Shown: positions 44,001 through 54,906 of the stretch, in pieces | How the letters are laid out: each line of letters begins with the position of its first letter | Position numbering within the stretch: the first letter of the stretch is position 1 | Origin: Lingula anatina | Taxonomy: Eukaryota; Animalia; Brachiopoda | NCBI GenBank assembly: GCA_051362555.1 | Contig: CM120644.1 | Span: 10,686,567-10,750,566, forward strand | Direction: 5' to 3' | DNA length: 64,000 nt | Program-made: the position numbers and the translations under genes | The notes under the pieces: generated by a model | Database searches by the model: none | Told to the model about the DNA's origin: nothing | Seen by the model: only the letters and a program-made list of their open reading frames with translations

Positions 44001-44053
44001 TATTCTAACCACATTGAAAATTCTCAAATCTAATCAACTCATATCAAACCCTA

Positions 44054-44204
44054 CCCTCTACCAGGGCGACTGATAGATTTTTACGGATATTCACAGATAT
44101 GTCTCTAGCTAGATTAGTCACTTGGAGCTTAAAATGACAATCTGTCTAGCTAGAGACATATCTGTGAATATCCGTAAAAATCTATCAGTCGCCCTGGTAG
44201 AGGG
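44054..44204. mobile_element. Palindromic MITE with TA TSD nested in the CACTA-like element
   Basis: About 60-bp perfect arms ccctctaccagggcgactgatagatttttacggatattcacagatatgtctctagctaga and inverse; TA at 44052-44053 and 44205-44206. Confidence 0.85.
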
Positions 44205-44209
44205 TAATC

Positions 44210-45111
44210 AAACCCCATGTCCCTTTCACTACAATACTACAAATTCCACATGGTCTCTTTCTTTGTCTGCCTTTAAGTCACATTCAAATGCTCCCTTCAC
44301 TTTAAAGGTTTCTCAGACGTGTCTGAATAATACTGTTTGTTTTGTGGTCCTCCACAAGAGCCTGAGACACATTTTTTTTTCTTCTTGGATTGCAGCATTC
44401 CCCATGTATTTTCATCAATGATATTGCAATATGCGCCTGAATCTGGTAATACAGCTAGTACACTGAGATTAATGCCGCCTATCTCTATTTCCACCAAGTC
44501 TCAGTGTATATTGCATTGGTTACCCCACACCAAATGTATATGCACTCCTGGATTATCATGTTCATAACTGTCATATACATGTGTACATGAATATTAGTTT
44601 CAGTTTTGCAGACTTGTTGCACGTTCCATGTTTTCTCAGTCGGGGTGGTTTCTACTTCGTTTTTTCATGTCTGAACTCGTGGTGTTTAGACTGAGTTGGT
44701 TTGTCAAATGACTTCGGTTTTTAACATAGTCACAGTTTCTGGAGTTGCACTTTCATTTAAAGTGTTAACAGTCTATGTGTATCCATGTTTCACACCTGCA
44801 ATATGTTTGGGAGAGTCATGAAAATATCTTGTACACGTCCCCCTGAATGCTACATCAGCGCGCGTCTCTTCTGACATGTATTTTTTAATTTTCTGTCTTT
44901 GTTCATTATTTCTTTTCGTCCGTTGGTTCTGAAACGATCAAACCTTTTCCGTCAGCAAATGATTTATCTCTCTCTTTCTCATCCTGCCAGCGTGGCCCGT
45001 ATTTCTCCGGACTTCTGTACGCTTCGAATTTCGTAATTTCACGTTTTTCCTCCATTTTCTCAAAGAAAGTTGGCTCGTAGTTTTGCACTAAAGTTAATCC
45101 TCGTCTCCAGT
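44210..45111 (-). mobile_element. Decayed Ty3/Gypsy LTR retrotransposon fragment (PBS, gag, protease)
   Basis: Minus strand: ..CAACA-c-TGGAGACGAGG PBS-like site (45109-45099); gag-like GPRW and QKRRALM*HSGGRVQDIFMTLP (~44875-44810); retropepsin VEIEIGG..DSGAYCNIIDENTW, then KGAFEC..VEFVVL after a frameshift. Confidence 0.75.
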
Positions 45112-45943
45112 GTTGATGCCTTCGAATTATATCGCATCACGAATCGAATCAATCAACGAATTGTATCAGTTTCATACGCCTGTGCTTCTTCGTATCCACA
45201 ACTCTAAAAACACTACATCCGGGTACTTGACCGGCTTGTCATAAAAAGCGGAATTTAAGAATAGCGGAACGAGTACTTAGCTCTAAAAAGTTAACAGTTC
45301 ATTCAAATGTCAAGTCCAATTTATATCAAATAGTGCAAATATGATGAGGGGACTTTGAAGAAAAGAGAGAAAGAGAGAGATAAATCAAAATTGATCAAAT
45401 GACGTTAGTTCAATGCATTCAACTCACTTGTCAATAAAAAAAAATAGACAAAAATTAAATAATTAAAATACTAAAATAAATAAAAAAATAAAATAAATGA
45501 CATCACCAAATATTGGCTTGATGGTAATATATATATATATATACATATATATAATTTTTTTATTTTTTTATTTATTTATTTTTTTATTTTTATTTTTTTT
45601 TATTTTTTTTTTTTTTTTACAGACACAGATTTGTCTGTATAGGCTTCAAACAACTGTCACCTGCGGTCTGTCGTCGCGGTCGGCATGCATACTGTCTCAA
45701 GTTGAAATGCAAAAACTGAATCCATGTTGAATTAACATCTTTAACTAATTATAAGTTACCTCCTGAATAGTCATTATGTTAACTTGAAATGCCAAAGTTG
45801 AATCAATGTTAAAACCTGACCAGAAAATCAATGTTGGGAGGAATAATTGAATCAATGTGAAAAATTTACTCAAACATCAACATTCAAAAATGCAAGTTGA
45901 ATAAGGTTGAAATAATGTAGGTTTATCAACTCAATCTTACTTC

Positions 45944-46320
45944 AAAGTTGAATCAATGTTGACATGCCAACATTGAATTTGTTGTCGTTGAATCAAAGTT
46001 GAATCAATGTTGAAATGCCAACGTTGAATTTGTTGTCGTTGAATCAAAGTTGAATCAATGTTGAAATGCCAACGTTGAATTAGTTGTCGTTGAATCAAAG
46101 TTGAATCAATGTTGAAATGCCAACGTTGAATTTGTTGTCGTTGAATCAACGTTGAATCAATGTTGAAATGTCAACATTGAATTTGTTGTCGTTGAATCAA
46201 AGTTGAATCAACGTTGAAATGCCAACGTTGAATTTGTTGTCGTTGAATCAACGTTGAATCAACGTTGAAATGCCAACGTTGAATTATGGTCGTTGAATCA
46301 ACGTTGATTCAACGTTTATC
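45944..46320. repeat. 51-bp tandem subterminal repeats (~7 units)
   Basis: Unit gttgaatcaaagttgaatcaatgttgaaatgccaacgttgaatttgttgtc; explains the 17-aa periodic ORF 45937-46149. Confidence 0.9.
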
Positions 46321-46663
46321 AACGTCTCAACATAAATTCAATGTTGATTCAACGTTGAATCAACGTTGTGTGCCTGCTACCAGTAGGGGCCCTACAGGGT
46401 AGGCCTATATCAAAATTGATAATCATGAAGTACTGCGTTTCATTCTTTTAACAAATACACATGTTCGTTTATATGCAACATAAGTTGCCATAGACAAATA
46501 GATGCATGAACTAGTACATGTAGCTACATTTGTAAACTTATCTATAGGCCCTACACCCAGGTAGCCCGTTCAGATCATGTAGGCCTATAGGCCTACTGGT
46601 ATTTTACTAACATGCCGCTCCATAGGCCTAATTGCCCTCACCTTCTACATGTACCGTTCTCTT

Positions 46664-46707
<44 letters not shown>

Positions 46708-47290
46708 AAAGCGCGCGAACACATGCATTTACGCACATCTTTACACACAATTTCCATTTTTCCAGGTATGAGCTCGCTTACCACGATTACACTCAGCCTA
46801 TTGGAATATGTCGCTGTCAACGTGCCAACAAAGTTTATAAACTAGAGGAAAGGAAACTGTACGACTATTTCAGCCTTTACTGTGTTAACCACACTTACGT
46901 AAACAACCTGTCTTTCAAGATCACCAATGTCACTGGTTACTTCGAGGGACACTGGCCTATTTTGCCTTTTGTCGTGTTTCCCGACACGGTGGTGGCACTC
47001 CAAGTGGACAAAGATGGGAATTATGAGTGGGTGATCGAGTTCCAATGTGTCGAGGTATTTATTATGTATAAACCTTTTTATTTTAGTTTAAGTGTCTGTT
47101 CTTCCGTTGTGTTATTCCTTTACCTAATTTTAATTTTTATTTAATTTAATTTAATTTTCCATCTATAAAGCTTGTGTCCTCTTGCATGCATAGCAAATTT
47201 TAAAAAATGAAAAAAAAAAGATAAAAACGACAGCCAAACAAATAACAAATAGGCTAGATCTACACATGATAATTTCATTTTTTTTAATAC

Positions 47291-47341
<51 letters not shown>

Positions 47342-48929
47342 TTTTTTTTCTTGATTTTATAGTTACTTAGAACAATTGTCTTCGTGGGTATTAACTTCTA
47401 TCACCGACTACAGCCGAGTTGGACGGCATGTTTAAGGTTGCTAGGCAACAAGGATTAGGAGAATATATGGACTACGGACCAAAAGTGACCATTGTGGATC
47501 AAAGAAACTGTGTTTACCCCGACACTACCTTGAAGTTTAATTCAGTTTCCAATTAAACAGTTTTAAATCTGGAAACCTTGCGCCAGTTTAGACATGCATG
47601 GTGCATAACTTTGAAGAAAATTTCATTTGCTGAAATTGAATAAGTAGGCCTATAAATTGCTATGGTATCGTCGTAACATAACATATAATAGAATTTTTTG
47701 AATTAGAAAAAAAACTCTGTTATATGACAAGTACTTCATAACTCCGGTTTGCCGTATAGGTGTACCATAGACCGTCTATGCATTTAAGCTGTAAAATCAT
47801 GTTCTGTTTGTGATAAGTATCCAATAGTTATAGAAATTTGGACATTGATACCTCACACTAATAAACCGTACATTGGGAATCATTATTTGAAAATAAAACA
47901 AGATGCTCGAGTGAGGAATTATTTATTTGTCCACTTGCACTTTTGAATCCACCTTGATGTGGAATCTGTGTTAAAATAATATTAGAAGAGTGTCGTACAA
48001 AAGCGCAATTACCCACGCAACCAATGCGCGGCCGTGTCTTCACTACCACAGTCTAATTTATCACAATGCTGATTCTCTACTACAGTTATATAAATTAATT
48101 ATATAGAGGCCACTGGGCATTGGGGCGAAGGGTTCAAAAGAACTTCCCATTTGGCCCTCTCTGAATCAATCTTTAATCTAGTTTCGAGACATTTCTCAAG
48201 TTGACTTAACTTAGGTATTGAAAGATCCACATCTTCATAATAAAAATCCTACTTTTTAAAATTACAATTATGGCTATAGCCTGTATAATGCACCATATTC
48301 GTGTATTATCTTATCAGCTTACGTGTTGTTACCGACCCCAAACGTGCATAGCATTAGCTGTGATAACAGTTACCCATACATATACAGACAAACGGGATTC
48401 ACACTTTGGAACGCGCGTATCACCCTGCCTCTATGTCCGGTTTAAGACCCAGCTAATGAATTGTTAGTTTAATGGATGGAGAAATTCTGAAAACATGGCG
48501 GTGATGTGTGTTCATTTCTTGAATTTCAGTACATATTGTCAGGTAGAACCGTCTTTATTTAATATCATTATAAACCTTGGGATTTTTATATTATTGTTGA
48601 TGGTTAATCCATTACTGTGTTTATCTACATTTATGTATGCGTCTGTCTATTAATTTATTTAAGGGTTTATTTATAATTCATTTATCTTATTTCTTCTTAT
48701 CACTTCTTTTATTGTTATAGTTCCATGTATCATCATTATATTTTTTCAGATCTCTTATTTGTTAACTGAGATCAAACCAAATACGTTAAATTTGTTTGGA
48801 TATAGTAACTACGGCACATTAATTATTGTGGCAAGGAATCAAAATAGTCATATCTTGGCTCTGTGGCCTTCGTGATTTAGATTACTAACGTGACCCAGTA
48901 TCGCATCATCAGATCAGATCACAGCGACA

Positions 48930-49812
48930 ATGGACTCTGTGAGGGTGATTGTCTGCGTCCTGGCCCTGGTCGTATGCGTTTCTGCGGGCTACAATCACTC
49001 GTGTCCGAAAGTACCGGACATCCAAACCAGTTTTGTAGCCACTCAGTTTAACTTGAACAAGTTTCAGGGAATATGGTATGTTATTCTTCAATGTAGGTAA
49101 TGTGATATTCATTTACACGCAGTTTCATCCCTGTAGGTTGTAAGGATATGTGTTCTCGATTGATATTCGTGCTTAGTTGACCTTTCTTCAAATGTTTAAA
49201 TCGACAACTACATTTACTTTTCCCATATTGTGTTTTTATTATTTATCAGTCTATGCATGATCAGTGCAGTTTTAAAGTTGCGAATGATGTAGAATATGTC
49301 AATAGCATAATCTTGTAGCCCCTACTTTCATTCCTTTTCATTAATTTTTCATGGGATATTCCATTTAACTGTTTTTTTTTTTCACAAGAACCCATCTTTA
49401 CCTGCTCAAGTTTTCGTCTTTAATCTATGTCTCACTTGTCCTTTTCATGTGCATGCGAAAATCACCCATTTCCTAGTTCACTTTTCACTTTTATTTTAGG
49501 TACGAGCTCGCATACCACGATTACACTCAGCCTATAGGCAGGTGTCGCTGTCAACGCGCCAACAAAGTTTACAAACCAGAGGAAGGGAAGCTGTACGACT
49601 ACTTCAGCCTTTACTGTGTTAACCACACTTACGTAAACAACCTGTCTTTCAAGATAACCAATGTCACTGGTTACTTCGAGGGACACTGGCCTATCTTGCC
49701 TTCTGTCGTGTTTCCCGACACGGTGGTGGCGCTCCAAGTGGACAAAGATGGGAATTATGAGTGGGTGATCGAGTTCCAATGTGTTGAGGTATATAATTAT
49801 ATGTTTACACTT

Positions 49813-49851
<39 letters not shown>

Positions 49852-52800
49852 TTATTGTTTTTCATACATTTACACTCCAACGATAAAATAGAAAGGCGAA
49901 TCTAATCAAGCGGTATTTTGATCATTTTTATGTACAGACACAGATGTGTCTGTACATATAGCCATCATCTGCGTCTGTCGTCGCCGTCGTCGCCGTCGGC
50001 GCCGTCGTCGCCGTCGTGCACTTTTACCGATAACACGATAAGTGGAACACTGTTTTTGCTTTTGGCTTGAAACTTACAGAACTGGTGAGTATTCCTAATA
50101 CGCAGGTCAAGTTCGAAAATCAGCATGATCGGGCCATTTTTAGGGAAGTTATGCTGTTTTTTCACTTTTTTCAGCATATATGCAGCACCGATAACACGAT
50201 AAGTGGAAAACCATTTTACTTTTTGGCTTGAAACTTACAAAACTGATGAATATTCATAATCCGCAGGTCAAGTTCGAAAATCAGCATGATCGGGTCATTT
50301 TTAGGGAAGTTACGCTGTTTTTTCACTTTTCTCAGCATATATGCAACACTGATAACACGATAAGTGAAATAACATTTTACCTTTTGGCTTGAAACTAACA
50401 GAACTGATGGATATTCATAATACGCAGGTCAAATTCGAAAATCAGCATGATCGGGCCTTTATTTTAGAAGTTATGCTGTTTTTTCACATTTCCTCAGATT
50501 CAATTATTAGGCATGTTAACAGTCTCATTATTTAACTAATAAGATACGTAAAAGTGTTTGTTTGATATTTCCTGCATCTTTACAACATTGTTAATTGATT
50601 GTGTAAAAATGATGGTAAACTTGTTATCGTGTATTGTGAAATAAAGTGTCAAAAACGGTAATAAACTCATCATTGCAGTTTGTCAGATTCAATCATCCAC
50701 TATGTTCAGAATCTCAGAATGGAGGAAATTGGACATTAAACACTGTTCTATTGATATTTTTCCCATCTCATCAATTTTCTTAGTTGGTCATATAAAAATG
50801 GCAACAAACTGTTTATTTTGTTTTATGTTAAAAAAATGTTAAGAATGGAAAGAAACCCATTTCAGAACAGTGCTGTCTTGTTTACATTTTGGCATTTTCA
50901 AGATGTGACTTTGAAGTTTCATGAGCCTGCAGACCTTTGCCAATCACATTTTCTGAATATCCATGATACTAATATTTTATGATTAAAAATTGATGGTCAT
51001 TATGCTGTTAAACATTATGTAATATTGCATCAAAATTTGAAGAAACCCCTATTTTTGGCACTGCTCCCATGATGACCATTTAAGAAAAACCATGTCACTT
51101 ACTGTTTTCAAACTTACAGGAAAGAAACATAGGGCTAAAATACAGCTTCAGTAGGCAATGCAGTCTGTTTGGTAATTTTTTCTGGCAGTTAAACAGTTTT
51201 TTGTGAAAATTTAATTTTTCTGTTTGGCATTTTCAAGGTGTGACTTTGAAGTTCCATGAGCCTGCAGACCTTTGCTAGTCACGTGTTCTGAATGTTCATG
51301 TTACTAATATTCTATTATTAAAAATTGATGGTCATTATGCTGTTAAACATTATGTAATATTGCATCAAAATTTGAAGAAACCCCTATTTTGGGCACTGCT
51401 CCCATGATGACCATTTAAGAAAAACCATGTCACTTACTGTTTTCAAACTTACAGGAAAGAAACATGGGGCTTAAATACAGCTTCAGTAGGCAATGCAGTC
51501 TGTTTGGTAATTTTTTCTGGCAGTTAAACAGTTTTTTGTGAAAATTTAATTTTTCTGTTTGGCATTTTCAAGGTGTGACTTTGAAGTTCCATGAGCCTGC
51601 AGACCTTTGCTAGTCACGTTTTCTGAATGTTCATGTGACTAATATTCCATTATTAAAAATTGATGGTCATTATGCTGTTAAACATTATGTAATATTGCAT
51701 CAAAATTTGAAGAAACCCCTATTTTGGGCACTGCTCTCATAATGACCATTTAACAAAAATCATGTCAAATACCGTTCTCAAACTTACAGGAAAGAAACAT
51801 GGGTCTAAAATACAGCTTCAGTTGGCAATGCAGTCTGTTTGGTAATTTTTTCTGGCAGTTAAACAGTTTTTTGTGAAAATTTAATTTTTCACTTATTGGC
51901 ATTTTCAAGGTGTGACTTTGAAGTTCCATGATCCTGAAGACCTTTGCTTGTCACGTTTTCTGAATGTCCATGTTACTAATATTATATTATTAAAAATTGA
52001 TGGTCATTATGCTGTTAAGCATTTTGTAATATTGCATCAAAATAGAAGAAAACACAATTTCTGGTGCTGCTGCTATGATGAGCATTATGGGAAAACCGTG
52101 TTATGACTGTCAAACCTTTAAAAAAGAAACACAGGACTAAAATGCAGAATGAGTTGGAAAAGCAGTCTAATTGGCTTCTTTTTCTGGAAGTTATACATTT
52201 GAGTGAAATATTCATTATCTTTTTGGCATATTCATTGTGGGACTCGGAGCTCCCATGGACATGAAGCCAAATGGTAATCAAATTTTCTACATGTCCATGC
52301 TATTTATTGTCAATAATCAAAGATTGGTGATAATTATTCTATAATTTATTATGTAATGTTACATCAAAATTGACAACAATATTTTTGCATTGCTACTGCA
52401 AACATTATGAAAAGAAAACTGTGTTACTTATTATTATTTTTATCTTACAAGTATGATTTTTAGGATTGGCATGCAGTTCAAATTAGAAAGCCAGGTCAAT
52501 TGGGTTATCATTTATTATTGAATTTATGCAATTTTATGTGAAATTTTCATTTTTCTCATTCTGGCACTTTCTAAGTATAAACTTGAACTCTGATGGGCCT
52601 GAAGCCTTATGCTTTTACTTTCGTCGTTGTTACCTGTTGTGCATAATTAAAATTTGATGTTGACTGTGCAGTAAAACATAATGTATTATTGCATCAGAAT
52701 TGGTAGTGTCCTATTTTGTGCATTATTGTTTTGTGCTTTTCTTAAGATGTGACTTATGGGCCTGAAAGACCTTTGAGAGGGTCAGTCTGTTAATATCCCT

Positions 52801-54000
52801 TGGGTATCACTTAGCTAATTTCTGAGTTATAAAGTCATTTGCCTAATTGATAGGCCATTAAAGGAGATCACATAAAGCACACTTGTTGATATTTCCTTGT
52901 AAACTCCCAAAAGTTAAGCTCTCTGCTAGATTAATATTAAGGAAGCAGTGATAATTATGCAGGTTATTATATATATATATATATATAATCAAAGATTAAA
53001 AGTTTGAATAGCAGCTTCATTGAAATTATATTTACCTCAGGCTCTGCCTAGGAGGTTATATTTTCACCTGTTTGTCTGTCATCAACATAACTCAAAAAGT
53101 TATGGACCGATTTTGCTGAAAATTTCAGGAACTGTCAGAATTGGGCCAAAGAGGACAATGATTAGTTTTTAGTGGTGGTCTGGCTCAATAATCAATCAAT
53201 AATCAACAATTGCTGCCTTGGCAGAGGTCTGCACTCTCGGTGGTTTTCTAGTTTTGTTATGTTTTCCTTTACAATTTTTTCTCAAACACTTGCATTTGTG
53301 ACTTTTAACTCTCATCCGCTCGAGGCTCTGCACATTTTCTGTATTTCCACATAAGCAATTGTATTGTTTTTTATGTCTTTAAACATTATATAAAATTATT
53401 TTATGCACTGTCATCATTTTTCAAATATTGAGACTTTCATCATGTGACTATAGTCTCTCATGGTCCTGAAACTGTAATCTTATTGAAGGGGTGGATTGAG
53501 ACCATCTTCTGGGTCTTCTTGAAGACAGGTTATTAAGTTTATATTGACTGGTATCTATTTTTTCTGTTGGAAGACCATCAAAATGGAGGATGGATCAACA
53601 TAGATACTTTGGAATACTGTCAGAAAATATCTCAGGGTCCGCTCCTGTTATTGACCATGTTACCTGTTGTGCATGATTAAAATTCAGTGTTGACTGACAG
53701 TGCTATTATGAGCATTATTTATTATTGCATCAAAATTGACAAAATGACCTTTTTTTGCATCTTTATTTTCTGTTGTTTGTCTGTACATTTGACAGCTTTG
53801 CTGCCTTGTTATTACTTTTGCAGGTGCTGGGAAGAATCGATTTCGTGGGCATCAACTTCTATCACAGGCGTAACAACGTGACTAAAGACGAGTTGGAGGG
53901 CATGTTTAAGGTTGCTAGACAACAAGGATTGGGAGAATATATGGACTATGGACCAAAAGTGACCATTGTGGATCATAGAAACTGTGTTTATCCAAAGTAG
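48930..54000 (+). CDS. Secreted lipocalin-like protein, copy D (203 aa)
   Basis: Exons 48930-49075, 49500-49788, 53824-54000. MDSVRVIVCVLALVVCVSAGYNHSCPKV..FNLNKFQGIWYELAYHDYTQ..WVIEFQCVE / VLGRIDFVGINFYHRRNNVT..NCVYPK*. Confidence 0.88.
50027..50495. repeat. 161-bp tandem repeat, 3 copies
   Basis: gataacacgataagtg recurs at ~50029, 50190 and 50351. Confidence 0.9.
50891..52720. repeat. ~335-bp tandem repeat, 4 clear and ~1.5 degenerate copies
   Basis: ggcattttcaag at 50891, 51226, 51561, 51898; degenerate starts near 52225 and 52562. Confidence 0.85.
53031..53253 (+). mobile_element. Short nested Helentron-like non-autonomous element
   Basis: tttacctc..ctctgcctaggaggttatattttcacc, gtctgtc, ataactcaaaaagttatggaccgatttt; ends ccttggcagaggtctgcactctc..ttctagtt (subTIR plus CTAGT end). 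Confidence 0.55.
53486..53647. mobile_element. Degenerate copy of the 22918-23084 MITE, TSD TTATTG
   Basis: Same internal sequence (tcttctgggtcttc..gaagac..ctgtcagaaaatatctc); TTATTG at 53480-53485 and 53648-53653. Confidence 0.8.
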
Positions 54001-54906
54001 GACTTTTAACTGGATTTGTTTTTTCCAAATGCCTGAATTGCAAGTTAAACACACAAACACACACACACACACACAACATGTTTGTTTTTGTTTATTTTTT
54101 TAAGTGTTGAACTTATTGAAGAATCGTATTTTAAGAGCTGGATGCTCTTAATAAATGGCTTTTGATATATCAAAATTAACAACAAAGCCTAACCGAAGTG
54201 GTTTATTGTCATCCCTATTTCAAAGCCGCATTTACTTTCAGCGCGATTCCTACTGTAAATCTTAAAACAAACTGAAAACAACGAATTTTTAAAAAGCATT
54301 CCAGTTGGTTTTATGCAGTATTTTGGCAGTATCAAAGACGTAGAATTTAAATGGCAAGAAAAAGCACAAGATAAGAGTTCATAAGTTTATTCATGTCTTC
54401 TGAATGAGGCAATAAATAATATGATATTGACTTTGATCATTTGTTTTCATTCAATTATTTATTAACTTTAATTAAGATATTTTTGCTTTATTTGCATTTA
54501 CACAATTTTTCATAAGTCTTAATTATACAAAAGGCTTATTTTTTATCGCTTTCGTCAAGAATCAATAAGTTAAGAGTAGAAAAAATAATTTAAGTAACTG
54601 TTTCATAATTCCATACATTTGAAATGTTAATTTGATGAATAAATATATCAATTAAATTTATGATATGATGATGTTAATATTATGACATCCATAAGTTAAT
54701 TTTCAAAGTAAGATAACATCAGAACTAAGTGCTCTACTAAAGTTTGTTTCAATCGAGATCCTTTCGAAAGACCAATTGCATCTGCTTTGTTAGAGTGGCA
54801 TATTCTTTTTTTTTTTCTTTTTCACTCTACCATAAGAGATCCCACGACCTATTCGTGAAAAGTGAAAGTCCGGGTACGATCGGCATCACAAGATGGCGGT
54901 AGCTAC

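Larger units (their letters stand above)
42904..46378. mobile_element. Non-autonomous CACTA/EnSpm-like DNA transposon in intron 1 of copy C
   Basis: Perfect 36-bp TIR agcaggcacacaacgttgattcaacgttgaatcaac (42907-42942; inverse ends at 46378), left end CCCAG, dense subterminal AACGTTGAATC repeats at both ends. Superfamily assignment is inferred from the termini. Confidence 0.8.
42494..47458 (+). pseudogene. Lipocalin-like copy C, frameshifted in exon 3 (pseudogene or truncated allele)
   Basis: Exons 42494-42651, 46766-47054, 47363 onward. Relative to copy A, 13 nt (gcgtaacaacgtg) are missing after caccg at ~47406, giving a stop at 47456-47458. The ancestral frame continues GEYMDYGPKVTIVDQRNCVYP to ~47520. 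Confidence 0.82.
49925..53810 (+). mobile_element. Helentron-associated non-autonomous element (HINE/DINE-like) with internal tandem arrays, in intron 2 of copy D
   Basis: T-run, then subTIR atgtacagac with nearby inverse gtctgtacat, a (GTCGCC)n microsatellite and central tandem repeats. 3' end has subTIR gtctgtacat (53779-53788), hairpin gacagc-ttt-gctgcc and TTGTT. Confidence 0.78.

Noticed and set aside
45937-46320. CRISPR-like array or 17-aa repeat protein
   Set aside because: Units are contiguous 51-bp tandem repeats without unique spacers, in a eukaryotic intron, forming the subterminal region of a TIR transposon; no cas genes.
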